In this document: piece by piece, positions 22,751 to 34,535 of the stretch
Position numbering within the stretch: position 1 is the stretch's first letter
Layout: each line of letters begins with the position of its first letter
Assembly (NCBI GenBank): GCA_000934665.2
Contig: JYFJ02003409.1
Span: 1 to 42,169, forward strand
DNA from: Catajapyx aquilonaris
Taxonomy: Eukaryota
Direction: 5' to 3'
DNA: 42,169 nt
Program-made: the position numbers and the translations under genes
The notes under the pieces: generated by a model
What the model was told of the DNA's origin: nothing
The model's database searches: none
Seen by the model: the letters and a program-made list of their open reading frames with translations, nothing else

Positions 22751-25700
22751 TTATTCAGCTTCGCCAGAATCATTGTCGCTCAACTCCCACACCTGCCAAC
22801 AACAAAGAAATGTCATCAAAACCTGCAAGTCATTATTATTTTGAAACGTGGTCCTGTCATACCATTCTGGTCACATCCTGATGCAGAGGCAGTCCTCATT
22901 TTATCAAATAATTGAGTGCCATATCGTTATAACAGAGGAAAATGATAGCATCCAAATGTTTTGCACTAAAATGTCGATATGAGTCATGATATGGTTGTGT
23001 TCAAATTACCATGCTTTTTTCAGTGCTGGTCACTGAATTTGGATACATCAGTTAGAATGTCCAACACAACGACAAAAAACTTTCATCGTGAATAATGAAT
23101 CCTCATAATCTAATGAGGACTCCCTATGATCAGAAGGGAATGCCAGACAGGCCATCATCGACACCCCAATCATGTCGCCAATGATAAGAAAGTGCTTTGA
23201 AGTCCGTACCTCTGCCGTTTCCCCTTCCTGATGCAGTTCAGTAAGTCCTGTCAGATCCTCAAGTGTGGCTGGAAAGTTGAGAGCATCCAAGACAAACTGG
23301 AACCCTTTGGTCCTGAACTCCTGGATAACCTGCGGGGAGCATGCTGTGCACCGATTGAAGGCTTGGCAAGCAGGTAGGATAGACTGGAACTGGGACAGGA
23401 AGCCCCTGATTGAGTGAGGAACCACACCTAAGGGACCCTGCAGCTCGTCCGGGCAGTTGAATCTGTCCTTTTGAGAGTTTTCTGCACCAGCAAAGGCACT
23501 ATGAAGAGAGAGAACTCATTTTAGTTAAATATTTTGCATATATGGTAAGAGGATGATACCTTTATTGATTTATTTGATATTTTATTGATGTACCGTAAGT
23601 GAAACCTCGTTAATTCAAAACTCAAGTAACCAAAAAAAGCCAGTGTTGCATATTGAGATACTAACCCATGGGGATGGGTGAGCATAGACACGAACAATTC
23701 TGTGGCAAGAGCTGCCGCGACCTGTGAAACCCCAGGCCTGGTGACAGTGCACTGCTGGTCCAAGGTACGGTCTTTGGTGGAGTCTCCAGGGGCAACCACG
23801 TCATTGCAGAAGTAGCATCCGAGCTGGTCTCCCCTTATTATACGAGATGTTGGAGGACATGATTCTTCTGGGGTTGAAGGCGGTGTCAAGTCAGAGCTGG
23901 GGCTAAACCCATGCCGCATCACCAGGTAAGTGTCGAATCCCAAGGCAGCATTGATCACAATCTGTGAATGGAAAGCATGTTCATGAGAAGCTGAAATAAA
24001 CTTTTGGAATGCGCAGAGAGCCTCAAAAACCAATTGGCCAGTCCCCCCGTTTTCAGCAGAAATGAAATCATACCTAGCACAGCCACACCCTAAAATTCAG
24101 CAGAAAACACAATGAAAAGCCTGCCGTAGCTTCAAGAGGTCTTGCAAATACAGCCTAACATGTATGGTGAGGTATAACTTCCAACTATAAAAGAATGGCG
24201 AAACTGATCAGAGAGACTGGCCCAAGAGAGGCAGCAGGCCAACAGGTGAGAAAACTTATGAGGTGCAAGCCTTTCATTTGGCAGGACAAGACCTTGCACA
24301 TTATTATCATATCTCTCTGCTCAGAAAGGAAGATCACTAGGGTGTTGTAAACTGCTTGGATTTATGGTGGTGTGTGACAAGAGTGTAGTACGAGGGTCAG
24401 TTGGAAAAGAAGTTTCATGATGCTACAGTTTCAATGCCATGTGATGGGCAGGGTAAAGACAAGCATGGGCAGTTACGTACGTCCTTCTGGTACTTAATAA
24501 GTTGGGTAGGCCCCATCTTGGAGCTTATGCGCAGGAGCGGCAGCTGTTGGATGAGACCGTGTGGTGAGCAGAGCATGCCCGCCCACATTTCCCCAGACCT
24601 GCGCATAAGTTGCAAGACGGCACCTAGGGTACCATCCTATTAGTACCAGAAGGATCACTGTAACTGCCCATGCTCCTCTTTACCCTGCCCACCACATGGC
24701 ATTGAAACTGTAGCATAGCCAAACTTATTTTCTGGCTGGCCCTCGTATTTTGATAATTGGTTTTTTCAAAGGCTTTGTAGTTGTGAAAAACTGCGGCTGG
24801 AAAATCACCCACTGACACGTGACCAGCACGGGTCAAATGCAACTCTGAAGCAACTTCTTTAGAAGCCAAGAAAATCTCATCCAGCTCAGTTATAGCAATG
24901 CTCTCTAGTATTACCTCCAGTGGTTTTTTGACGCAAAATTCTACATCTTAACACATTTGTAAACCATTAAAAATCCTAACACACCTTCCCATACGATGAA
25001 GCCATGACAGTTGGCAGCCATCGACTCTCCCTTGTGTCCATGAGGAGAAAGATGGCATCATGGGACTGAATCAATCGCTCCAGGGTTTGCACACTTTCCT
25101 CCACCTCCTTCATCATACTCTCTGAAACCGTGTGGCCAGGCATCGGGATGCTAAGCTGGTACCCCTCACTCGTCTGTAGTGAAATAAAACGTGGTTAACA
25201 CAAGACTAGACCTCCAGAAATTAGCTGTGGAGCACTAACCACTCCTGGAAATATCTTCTGGAGTGCCTGTGCAGCTGCTTCTGCCTTTAGCTTCCCGCCG
25301 TTCAGGCAGTCCTCGTGGCAGAAGAGAGACTGCCTCACAGGATTGGAGTAAGACACCCGTGAGTTATCCACAAAGGTGATGTTCCTCACGCCCCAACCCT
25401 GCAAAGGAGCCACCCTCATTCATGAACATGTTTCGCATCATGTTGAAAGTAAACAAACTCACTATGCTGACCACATAAAATTGATATTATCGTTACAAAA
25501 CTGACATGAACTTTATTTATACTGGAGTAATGGCTGTCAGTTAATTCTACAAGGAAGGTAACCTGCTTACAAAATGTTAATTATTATTTTACCATGTTCA
25601 AGTAATTTGAAAATTTCAGGTTCCGGATTTTTGCAATTATGCATTGTTCATTTCAAAACTGACGGATGATAGGGAAATTTTTGTGAATGTTAATGAGGTA

Positions 25701-27958
25701 TGTTTTCCTCTTCATGATCAACAAAAATCCCATCAATATTATGACAAAAAAAAGAGCTTTTGTACACTGTACAATGTGTAGCTAGACTTATTGCTTCTCT
25801 TTTGTTTCTACAAGGAATATCTTCTTGCCTCATGTGCTGCTCCATCAGCTTCCAATCCTGCCCAAACCATATTTTCGATTCAAAATGTGCTTTATGTCAT
25901 TCACCTATCTGAATATGTTAATTTGTAGATGTAATTCTTTAACACATCATATTTTGCTTTTTAAGAAACATTTCTGAACAAGAATTTTCAAAGCAAGGCT
26001 AAGAAAGGGAAAATGCACATTCATGAGAGAAAAACAAATAGGCAAAATTTATAATCCCATGTAATTTACAAATAATTTATGTAAACACCGCGTTCTGGTT
26101 TGAAAAGCAGGAGAAAAATATATTCTCCACCAAGACTTGAACCACCAATCTCACGGTTGTAAGTCTGAGCCATGCACCTTACACACACTTTTGGGTATTG
26201 CACTTTCACCGTTTGATCAATAAGGGTACATACACATACCACATGAGCATTATTACAGAAATGGAAATCCCCGACATCATCATCATAACTTCGTCTTGAG
26301 ATTATGCCCCAAGCATGTAAGGCAATGAATCAAAAATAATATTCAACAGATTCTACATTCTTAGATGGATGCATCTAAGAAGAAGAAGAAAAAAAAAGAT
26401 TTCCTAAGCCTACTGTTCGTAATGATTGGAGAAAACTGCGAATGGTCCTCCTGTTCTCCTTACTTCAGAGGAACATTGCTGTCCTCTCATATTTCCCAGA
26501 CAACAATCCAGCAGATGAAATTACTTGCCAGCAAGCACCTAGCTACTCCGCAGCCTAGAGTTCCAGCTCCCAAAAGGAGACATTTCGTGCCCTTCAGCTT
26601 GTCCAGGTCTAAGGTGGGAAGAAGCCTCCACTTCATCAGCTTCAGGTTCAAGTCAACAGATGATTCAGCCAGCCTGTAAGTACACATGGCATGTATCAGC
26701 TACTACAATTCACAATCAACCAATCCTGATTAGCAAAACATTAAGTAAAATTATGTCTGACTTGAGAGGATCCATGTTCCCGCTGAGGTTGACCATTCTG
26801 GGGCCAAATTTGCCTCTTTCATTCTTCTCCCATCCGACAAACTTTGGAGCTGCACTGGGCTTCCCCTCAATCGGCAGCTGCACAGTGATGACCAGGCTTG
26901 AACTCAGGTCCTTCCCTCCATTGTCAGGCAGATGACGCACCCTGAGACACAGAATTCGAAGCGGACCAGACGTGGAAGGCTGCCTGAAATGTACATGAAA
27001 CTAAGCATCAGCAAGCAAAGAAAGAGAAGCAGCATCTTACCAGTGAAACGCAACTAGAGCAAGCAGGTTCCTAAGGGGCCACCCTGGGTTTTTGGGCAAC
27101 GTGCAAGGATCGAGAAACCCAATCATGATATCAGATGGCGACGGGAAGTTTTGCAGCTGCTGCAAGTGAAGAAAGCTGGCATCATCTTCCTCCAGATGAA
27201 CCAGGAAGTACCCGCTCGAAACAGCTTCGGTCGAGTTGCTAAAAGAGTTCTGGAGGCTGGCCACTTGCTTTTCAGACAGAGACTCATCCAGTACTTCCGT
27301 AGACAATACCTGTATTTTATCTGGGTAACAAGGGGCTGGAAACGCAAACCAGAAGTAATAGTGGTACTTCTTCAGATCCTGCAGAGGAAATTCAACATAT
27401 TTTTAAATCATTGAACACACAAAATGGTTCTCATCTCCTGCCAAGTCTCCCGTATTTTCCGCACTCACAGCATAGACCAAGATGGAGAACCTGGAGAGCA
27501 GAGTTGGATCTTTGAATCCCCTTCCGCTGGATATGTCCTGCCACAGCTCGTCTCCTTGAGATTCCAGCACCTTTGTCTTATCGCACGCCTTGAAAGCGTC
27601 CAGGGTGTTCTTAACGAGGACCGTTCCAAACGACTTGCAGTGACAGTTGCTGGGTACATCTTCCCTGCAAGATTGTTAAGTGTCACACCTCGGTATACCT
27701 AAAATGTCCTCTACGAACGTACTGGTTGAATGCAGAGAAGTCCATGGTGAGCCTCTGCGGTAGGACAGGCCCACCCTGGACCGGGGCTGGGTCCGAGTAG
27801 GAGTAGAACCCTGTGACATTGGTGGGTGTCTCCTTCAGTCCGTACACTTCGAGCTTCAGCTGGGAGAGCTTGTGCCAGAAGCTGGCCTCCACAGTGGACA
27901 CGAATGGGGAGAACTGCAGCACAGACGAGGCAGCATCGCCTTCCATGGGCCCTTCCAT
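22751..27958 (-). CDS. ATG7: Autophagy E1-like activating enzyme ATG7, ~10 exons (approx. 27958-27723, 27664-27468, 27379-27041, 26983-26762, 26673-26526, 25398-25240, 25174-24985, 23961-23666, 23498-23208, 22792-22751)
   Basis: [103 protein letters not shown], catalytic [27 protein letters not shown]. Acidic tail [13 protein letters not shown]. Confidence 0.97.
24391..24745. mobile_element. 355-bp mariner-type foldback MITE in an ATG7 intron
   Basis: TA|CGAGGG...CCCTCG|TA termini. The arms pair over about 110 bp (e.g. ATGCTACAGTTTCAATGCCATGTG / CACATGGCATTGAAACTGTAGCAT), plus an inner CTTATGCGCAGG / CCTGCGCATAAG pair. Confidence 0.85.
26121..26190 (-). repeat. Possible decayed tRNA-derived SINE head in an ATG7 intron
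   Basis: Minus strand has an anticodon-loop-like CTTACAA and a B-box-like GGTTCAAGTC. No intact cloverleaf. Confidence 0.3.
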
Positions 27959-28132
27959 GGATATTTCCTTCTTCTTCTTAAATGAGACAAGTTGAACAAG
28001 GAATCCAGGCCTTGAACAAAACTGGGGAGAGACACGGAGAGAGAGAGAAAAAACCAAGTCTGCGAACGTTCGATCCTGTCGATTGACAAGAGGCAGGTTA
28101 CACATTCCAGTCACTGATCATGCGACGTTCCG

Positions 28133-28168
28133 ATTGGCCCGACTGGCCCAAATGTGATGTGTGATTGG
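28133..28168 (-). promoter_or_regulatory. Paired CCAAT (NF-Y) boxes in the ATG7 promoter
   Basis: ATTGG at 28133 and 28164, 31 bp apart and about 180-210 bp upstream of the ATG7 start codon. Confidence 0.45.
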
Positions 28169-28729
28169 TTGGAACGGTGTGACTAGAAGGTGTAAGCAAA
28201 CGGAACAGCTGGGAGTACTTTGGCATAGTGGCCGGTAGGGGCGTTGTTAACCGATTTGGCCAATAGATGTCTCTGACAAAAAACGACCGCGCTTTTTCAA
28301 ATCTGATGTAATCAACACTTTTAATGGTTAAAATGCTGTTACATTGCATCCGTTTCATTCAATAATACATTCATGGTGCTGGGTACTGAGCAATTAAAAT
28401 TATCCAGTACCCAGTGCCTTATCATGAGCAATATGACCCTAGTTTTTGTTCATTGACCTTTTGATATGTGATTATTCAGACACTGTGCGGAAATGAATAA
28501 ATCATGATCAGCTGGACCTCACACAATCAGCACAAGATAACTTCTTCATATACAACATGATCAATGACGTATTTGAAAAATTAACTGGCATCACTTGCAT
28601 TTTAAATTGTGCGACCAAGCTCAGAATGATTGATATTCAAAATAATCAAACGCATTTGGCTTTTAGTTGAGAAACACTCTGCATACTGACTCCTGCATCC
28701 AAATAATTTTACCACCATCACCACACTTG

Positions 28730-29560
28730 TGGCATGGATAGGCACTAAAGTTGCCTATCTTCTTCCCTTCTGCATCATAACAAAATGAAACACTTCTTAC
28801 AAAACAGGTACGGGCAACACTAGGAAGTCGATCGTTACCTATGACTACCCAACTGGGGCACATCCTTTTGCAGACCATGCAACACATCTTAATTCGTCTT
28901 TCAGTGCGATCAATCAGTGGATATGCTGGCTGAGGTGCAACGGGCTCAAGAGTAGGATTATACAGCCATGCATCTGTAAATATCAGCAGGTGTTCACACC
29001 CTTGAAGATGCATGTACAAATAAAGATACCCCCGTTGCAACTTGAGGCTACGCAAGGGGGCGTCTGCCATGGAGGCTCTGGCAAAAGGTCCCATACCCCG
29101 GGAACCATCCGAGGCCCATTCAATGTATCGAGTGCTCAAATACCGCTTCCTTCTAAGAAGCGGTTCTTTTTCCATCCCTGGTCACACGTGATCATATCCC
29201 GCACAGCGCACAGGTTCTGACTCCCCAGTTTGACCATGAAAGTGGTGGTCTGGAACTTTTCCCATCCGGATCCTCATGTGGATTATACACAGAGATGCTG
29301 AAAATGATCATTTTCCTAATCATTCAGATGGTCACGAGGTCCCTTCTTTCCACCTAGCAACAACACCTTAACTCCATCAGCAGTATGTAAGTGCAAGTCT
29401 CCCAGGTACTGCGATTGCAACTTGTTTGTCCAGGCAGGCTCTTCAGCTTCCCACTGCTTTCTAAGCTTCAACGTCTGTAGCATCATTGCATTTCCATCTT
29501 TTCCAGCCATAAAATATTTTCTGGAGGTAGTATAACGAGACCTCTGAAGGTTTTGCATTC
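28730..29560 (-). pseudogene. SNAPC3: SNAPC3/SNAP50-like pseudogene
   Basis: Fragments in different frames: IFSISVYNP, KLGSQNLCAVRDMITC, YIEWA, YLYMHLQGCEHLLIFTD, YP..CMVC, YLFCKKCF, YDAEGKKIGNFSAYP (zf-SNAP50_C-like). Several frameshifts and an apparent internal deletion. Boundaries approximate. Confidence 0.75.
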
Positions 29561-30567
29561 CCCAGAAAATTGTTGACTCCCTCAGTGTGAAGTAAATAAG
29601 TGTTTGCCATAGAAGTTGTAATTAAAATTCTGGATGGTTCTCATTGTCAGTCATTGTCATTCTATGGCCAGTTTAAAGGGCAAACAAATTCCACATTCTT
29701 CAACAAGGCAGCAAAATTGTAATTTGGAGCTTATAAATCAGCCAAGATCACCTGTTTTCTCCTGAACCATACTGGGGTTGACTAGTGTATACAAAATAAA
29801 ATTATGTACTGTATACGTAATATAAAGTACGGTACAATAAAATGTCAGGTATTTCATCAATTGAACTCACCATCAAAATGCGCTTGGCCAAAATTAGGTT
29901 ATTCCTGTTGCTTCTATCTTGGAAATGGCTAGGATTTCCACCACAGTGTTCATGGCACATGATTTACCGCTCAAACGAGTTTCAGCCAAATCGGAGGGGG
30001 GTAGCCTCTGTGGTTCCCTTGTCAGTCACAAAAGGGATCATTTCACATTATCAATGCTTGCCAAGGGTACAAAAATTTATCTCTCATTAATGGAAAGAGC
30101 AGTTCTTTATTTCTGGTTTTCAAATAACCAAATTATACAACATGAATACACTTTCACAATACCAGGTGAAAAATGTGTCACTTCTTATTAATCCACTGGC
30201 TGGGAGTTAAAAAGAGGCACTGAAACTGCTTGTACCAAATTGATTCAAACGTTCTTCCTATTCCTATATCATGAAAAAAAGAAAAGGACGTTGCGATTTG
30301 GATAATGGCACTCTTGACTGATGTCACTCGTTAAACCAAACATCTCGCAGACAAAAGTGTGACACTTCATTAATGATCCAATACCACAGCGACACCACTA
30401 CAACAAAATGGGTAACAAGTTTTAAATTTTCAAATCATTACCTACTAAAATGGAGGCTTGGATAAAATAGTGAATAACTACTGTGAACTCATCGTAATTA
30501 TAATCCTATCATCACACTCTGGGAGTGAGAAAAAAATATGATAAGACTGCATGAGCACACTCTTACA

Positions 30568-32394
30568 TCAATATTGTACTGTAAAAGCTCCAAACCGGCA
30601 TCGGGGTTTTGGCATTGATATCCCAGAGTTCCATTCGCCGGTCTTGGGATTATAATACACAACATCAGAAGTAATCACATCCTCCCTTTTCCCACTCACA
30701 ATAACTCTTCCACCAAGAACAAACAGGCAGCCATTAGCAGCTGCCACTCCTGGGTTTATGACCCCCCGCTTCATAGGAGTGATCTTTTCCCACTCGTTTC
30801 GCTCAAAAGAATACCTGTCCACTGCATCTGAAGGTAAGCAGTCATCCCTACCCACTGCGTATCCACCCACAACATACAAGTGGCCATCAAGGACAGCAAC
30901 TCCCATGTCCCGGCGTGCATTCAACCAGGGAGCCAGTTTATTCCACTTTTTTGTTTCTGGATTGTAAGACATCAAGTAATACACTGAATCCTTTAGCTCA
31001 TATATCATATAAATCAGACCTCCATAAGAAACAACATCTATGTCATCCCTTTCTTTGGGCATGTGGTCAATCACATGCCACTCACCATTCTTGGGATCAA
31101 ACTTCTCAATGCTCCTAAAGATAGAATCATCCTCAGCACACCCATCGTTATACCCCCCAAATGCATATAAGCAGCCATTTAATTCTTGCAGGCCAAATTT
31201 CTCACGGCCAACTTCCAGTCTGCCCTCACCCTTAAACCAAGTTTCCTCACTTGTGCTGAAAAACTCATACGAGTTCAACAGTTCCCCATCTGCAGTGAGA
31301 CCACCTACCATGTAAACAGTTGATCCAATGGCAGCAATGCCGGGATTCTCTCGAGTGATACGATGGTCATCACTGGACCAAACACCCTCTGACGTGTGCC
31401 ACTTGCCAGAACTCATGTTGAAAAACTTTACAGTCTTGGAAGAGATATGCTCCCCCTTCTTGCCATCCTTCAATCCTCCAACAATGTATATGAAAGTAGT
31501 CATCCCAGATCTTTCTTCTACCTTTGATTCTCCTGAAAAGCTCGTTCTTGCATCCTCAAACTTACACTTCAAAATGCTTTTCAGGGCAGCATCATTGCAT
31601 ACGGTATCACAAACAGTACTCATGTATGGTACTATTGATAATTTCACACACTTCAACAGTTCATGCACATAAATCCGCCTCTCCTCTACTGACTTTTCAA
31701 TCCAGGCAATTAAAGCTCTGAAGACTCTTCCCTCCCTATAGCAGTTTATTTTACTGCTCATCAAGTACTGTGGCAGATCCTCCTTTGGCAGATCCATAAA
31801 CTCTTCTGAAGTAGAAACAGCATCCAAGTTGTCCTCAATAAATCTGGAGGCCCAATTAGCCAACTTGGTGTAGTTACATGCAGTGGCGAATCTGTGCACA
31901 CCAATTGCACTGGACTTGTCCAGATGTTGGCGCATGAACTTGGTGCACATATACAAGGCTTCGGCTGTGGGCATCTGAAGCATGTTGGCTGCCACGGCCA
32001 CCTCCCCCACATTACCTTGACACAACTTCTCCATGCGTCCAGTATACACACAATCAACCAGCATATTCAGGGCTGCAGACGATACCCCATGGATGGGCAC
32101 TTGAGACTGCCCCTCTTCCGCCAGTCCCCCAGAAAACATGGCCTTGAAGTAGGGGCTGGATGCTGCAAGTACGTTTCGGTGGGCCTTAAGAGAAGTCCCA
32201 TCCTCACAGATCAGGTCGACATCACAGCAAATAGAGGAGTGGCGGAAGTTGTCCAGTTGGCGCAACATGTCTGAATTATGATAATAAAGTGCGACAATCC
32301 TTGCCTCCGCGTCGTCAGAAGTTGTCTCATCACTCCCTGATTTAGACTCTTCATCTGAAGACTCTGGCACAGTTTTTGGGAATGAGGCGGCCAT
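30568..32394 (-). CDS. BTB-BACK-Kelch (kelch-like) protein, 608 aa, single coding exon
   Basis: CDVDL..AHRNVLAASSPYFKAMF (BTB), a BACK domain, and six kelch repeats with GG/Y/W signatures. Splice acceptor 8 nt upstream of the ATG. Confidence 0.93.
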   Translation of the reverse strand: MAASFPKTVPESSDEESKSGSDETTSDDAEARIVALYYHNSDMLRQLDNFRHSSICCDVDLICEDGTSLKAHRNVLAASSPYFKAMFSGGLAEEGQSQVPIHGVSSAALNMLVDCVYTGRMEKLCQGNVGEVAVAANMLQMPTAEALYMCTKFMRQHLDKSSAIGVHRFATACNYTKLANWASRFIEDNLDAVSTSEEFMDLPKEDLPQYLMSSKINCYREGRVFRALIAWIEKSVEERRIYVHELLKCVKLSIVPYMSTVCDTVCNDAALKSILKCKFEDARTSFSGESKVEERSGMTTFIYIVGGLKDGKKGEHISSKTVKFFNMSSGKWHTSEGVWSSDDHRITRENPGIAAIGSTVYMVGGLTADGELLNSYEFFSTSEETWFKGEGRLEVGREKFGLQELNGCLYAFGGYNDGCAEDDSIFRSIEKFDPKNGEWHVIDHMPKERDDIDVVSYGGLIYMIYELKDSVYYLMSYNPETKKWNKLAPWLNARRDMGVAVLDGHLYVVGGYAVGRDDCLPSDAVDRYSFERNEWEKITPMKRGVINPGVAAANGCLFVLGGRVIVSGKREDVITSDVVYYNPKTGEWNSGISMPKPRCRFGAFTVQY

Positions 32395-32782
32395 GACACA
32401 AGCTGTAAAGAAATCAGCACCATATGGTATTACCAGTATTTACTGCACTAACTGGCACATTTCTACACAGGTGTCAAAATGCATGAGATCCCCTGATGAA
32501 AGTAGCAGTACTGAATGCTGTGACAGCTACGAAAGCTATAACAAAAGCTGAAAATGTTATTATGGTGCCAGCAAAACGATGTGATTTCAAAATCATGAGT
32601 TGTGTAATAGGTGTAGTAGTTGGGTCAAAGGCCAAAGTTTACAACCTGAAGAAATGCCTCCCACTTCATTGAAAAGAAATATAGTCAGGCATTTCATGAA
32701 CACCCTTAAACTACTATCTCTCATGGCCGGTTTCATCGAGCAAAGAATATTATATATCCGAGTTTCTTTTTGGCAAATCCTT

Positions 32783-33347
32783 AGATTTACAATTAATTTT
32801 TTTGCCACAAATACAATGCCCGTACAGTTCGGCAGATAGGCAACCATTATTGATAGAACCCTCCTGGAGCCGAATGAACTACTGTAGTTCCACAGGTGTG
32901 ACGACCTCTCCAGGCCCTCCTGCAACCACCTTTTGGTGGTGCTGCATACCCACTCTAGGACAACTGCTTCCTGCTCAACAATATCCGCAAAATGGCATCG
33001 GCGAAGGGGTTTTTTCATGTCTCTGAACAGGTGACAGTCACAGGGGGGCAGGTCGGAGAAGTATGGTGGAAACATCCAAAGCCAGATCCAGGGAAAAACC
33101 CCTCCGCCAACACCATTTCCAGGACATTGTTGACAGTTGTTGACTGTAAGCAATTGTCTGGTAGTGGGTGCGTTGCACCTCCAAAAAGTGATTCCTGGAG
33201 GGCCTGGAGAGGTTTACACACCTGTGGTGGTAATACATTAGGGTCCAGGAGGATTCTATCTATAATGTGTGACTATCTTCCGACATATACAGGCACTGTA
33301 TTTGTGGCAAAAAAATGAATTGTAAATCTTTTTTTGGGCAGCCCTCT
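32783..33347. mobile_element. Foldback element made of two inverted 3' ends of a mariner transposon
   Basis: Imperfect arms of about 230 bp (32783-33015 and 33094-33329). The minus strand encodes PPYFSDLPPCDCHLFRDMKKPLRR..F..W..GLE..W, a decayed mariner YSPDLAPSD C-terminus. The right end GCCCTCT|TA resembles CCCTCG|TA. Confidence 0.8.
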
Positions 33348-33489
33348 TATAATACGAAGTATATAGCTACAGAGACACCTTGGGGTGAAATGTGAGGCAG
33401 GCAACAATATTACCCTAGTAAAGATGGCGGATGCCTCAGCAGGGGAAATGGGGAAAGGATACCGGGAATCGTTTCTCTAGATATATACA

Positions 33490-33864
33490 CAGGGTGTTCT
33501 TACTAGTAGGTCAACCCAAAGTCAGAGTATTCCTTGGGCCAAAACATGTCGAAAATGTAGGGGGGAGAAATGTCAGGGGACGAACCGTTAACGAGGTAGT
33601 GACCAGAAACATTGGCTGGTGGTTCCTGAAGGTACAGGATATGAGCTGAGATAATCACTTCTGCGATAGAGGCGACCTTGCAAATGCCAACAGTCACTAT
33701 TTTCCCACTCATATCCTGCTCCTTCGGCAACCACTGGCAAATGTTTCTGGTCATCTACTTCGTTAAAGGTTGGTCCCCCAACATTTCTCACCCCTGCATT
33801 TTCGACTTGTTTTGGCCCAAGGAATATGCTGACTTCGGGTTGACTACTAGCAAGAAACACCATG
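33490..33864. mobile_element. 375-bp Tc1/mariner-type foldback MITE
   Basis: CAGGGTGTT...AACACCATG|TA termini with imperfect arms of about 140 bp. Absent from the paralogous copy at about 34840. Confidence 0.82.
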
Positions 33865-33986
33865 TATATTATAGCAGAACTCTTCGGTTACAACCAAGGT
33901 TCTAAGTTATCAGCTGCTCCGTGAAACCCGGCCAAAGTCTTTGTAACCAGTATAACCACCATGGTAACCATCCTACTACAACTATA

Positions 33987-34535
33987 CAGTGTGGAAAACG
34001 AAAGGACAATCCGACGTCATCGTTTTGTTTACCGACTCCTAATCAACGGAAATATGCCAAAAGTACCTAACCTTCCGCTTTTCCTGTTTCCATGTACATG
34101 TCCTCATACAACAATAGGAGTAAATAGTGTTCTTTTTTGTTGACACTTGCGTGACCTTAGCTGAGCACAGACTTGGCGCTGCCTTCCCTCTACAGAGCAC
34201 CACTTCCATCCCTGTCTCGGGTGGCTGGCTCTGCGAATTACCCTACTGACCTCGCTGCATTGGAAAGAATTGTTTAGGTTGGTTCAGAAAAGCGTCCGGT
34301 CGAACGTGACCCTAAAAGTAGTGCTCTGTGGACCGACGCCATCGCCAAATAGAACATTCTACCGCGGGAGGAGCACAACTACGCTCACAGCCCTCTACAT
34401 ATGTGGGGGAGACTGGTCAACAAAAAATTACAATGTGCCAACAATTGGTCCAGAGGTGCATTTGGCAGATTTCCATTGACTAGGAGTTGGTAAACAAAAT
34501 GATGATGTCAGATCGACCTTTCGTTTTCCGCACTG
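33987..34535. mobile_element. 549-bp Tc1-like non-autonomous element
   Basis: TA|CAGTGTGGAAAACGAAAGG ... CCTTTCGTTTTCCGCACTG|TA, imperfect TIRs of about 80 bp. Confidence 0.85.

Noticed and set aside
28378..28415. Small hairpin CTGGGTACTG...CAGTACCCAG upstream of ATG7
   Set aside because: 10-bp stem only; most likely a MITE relic or chance.
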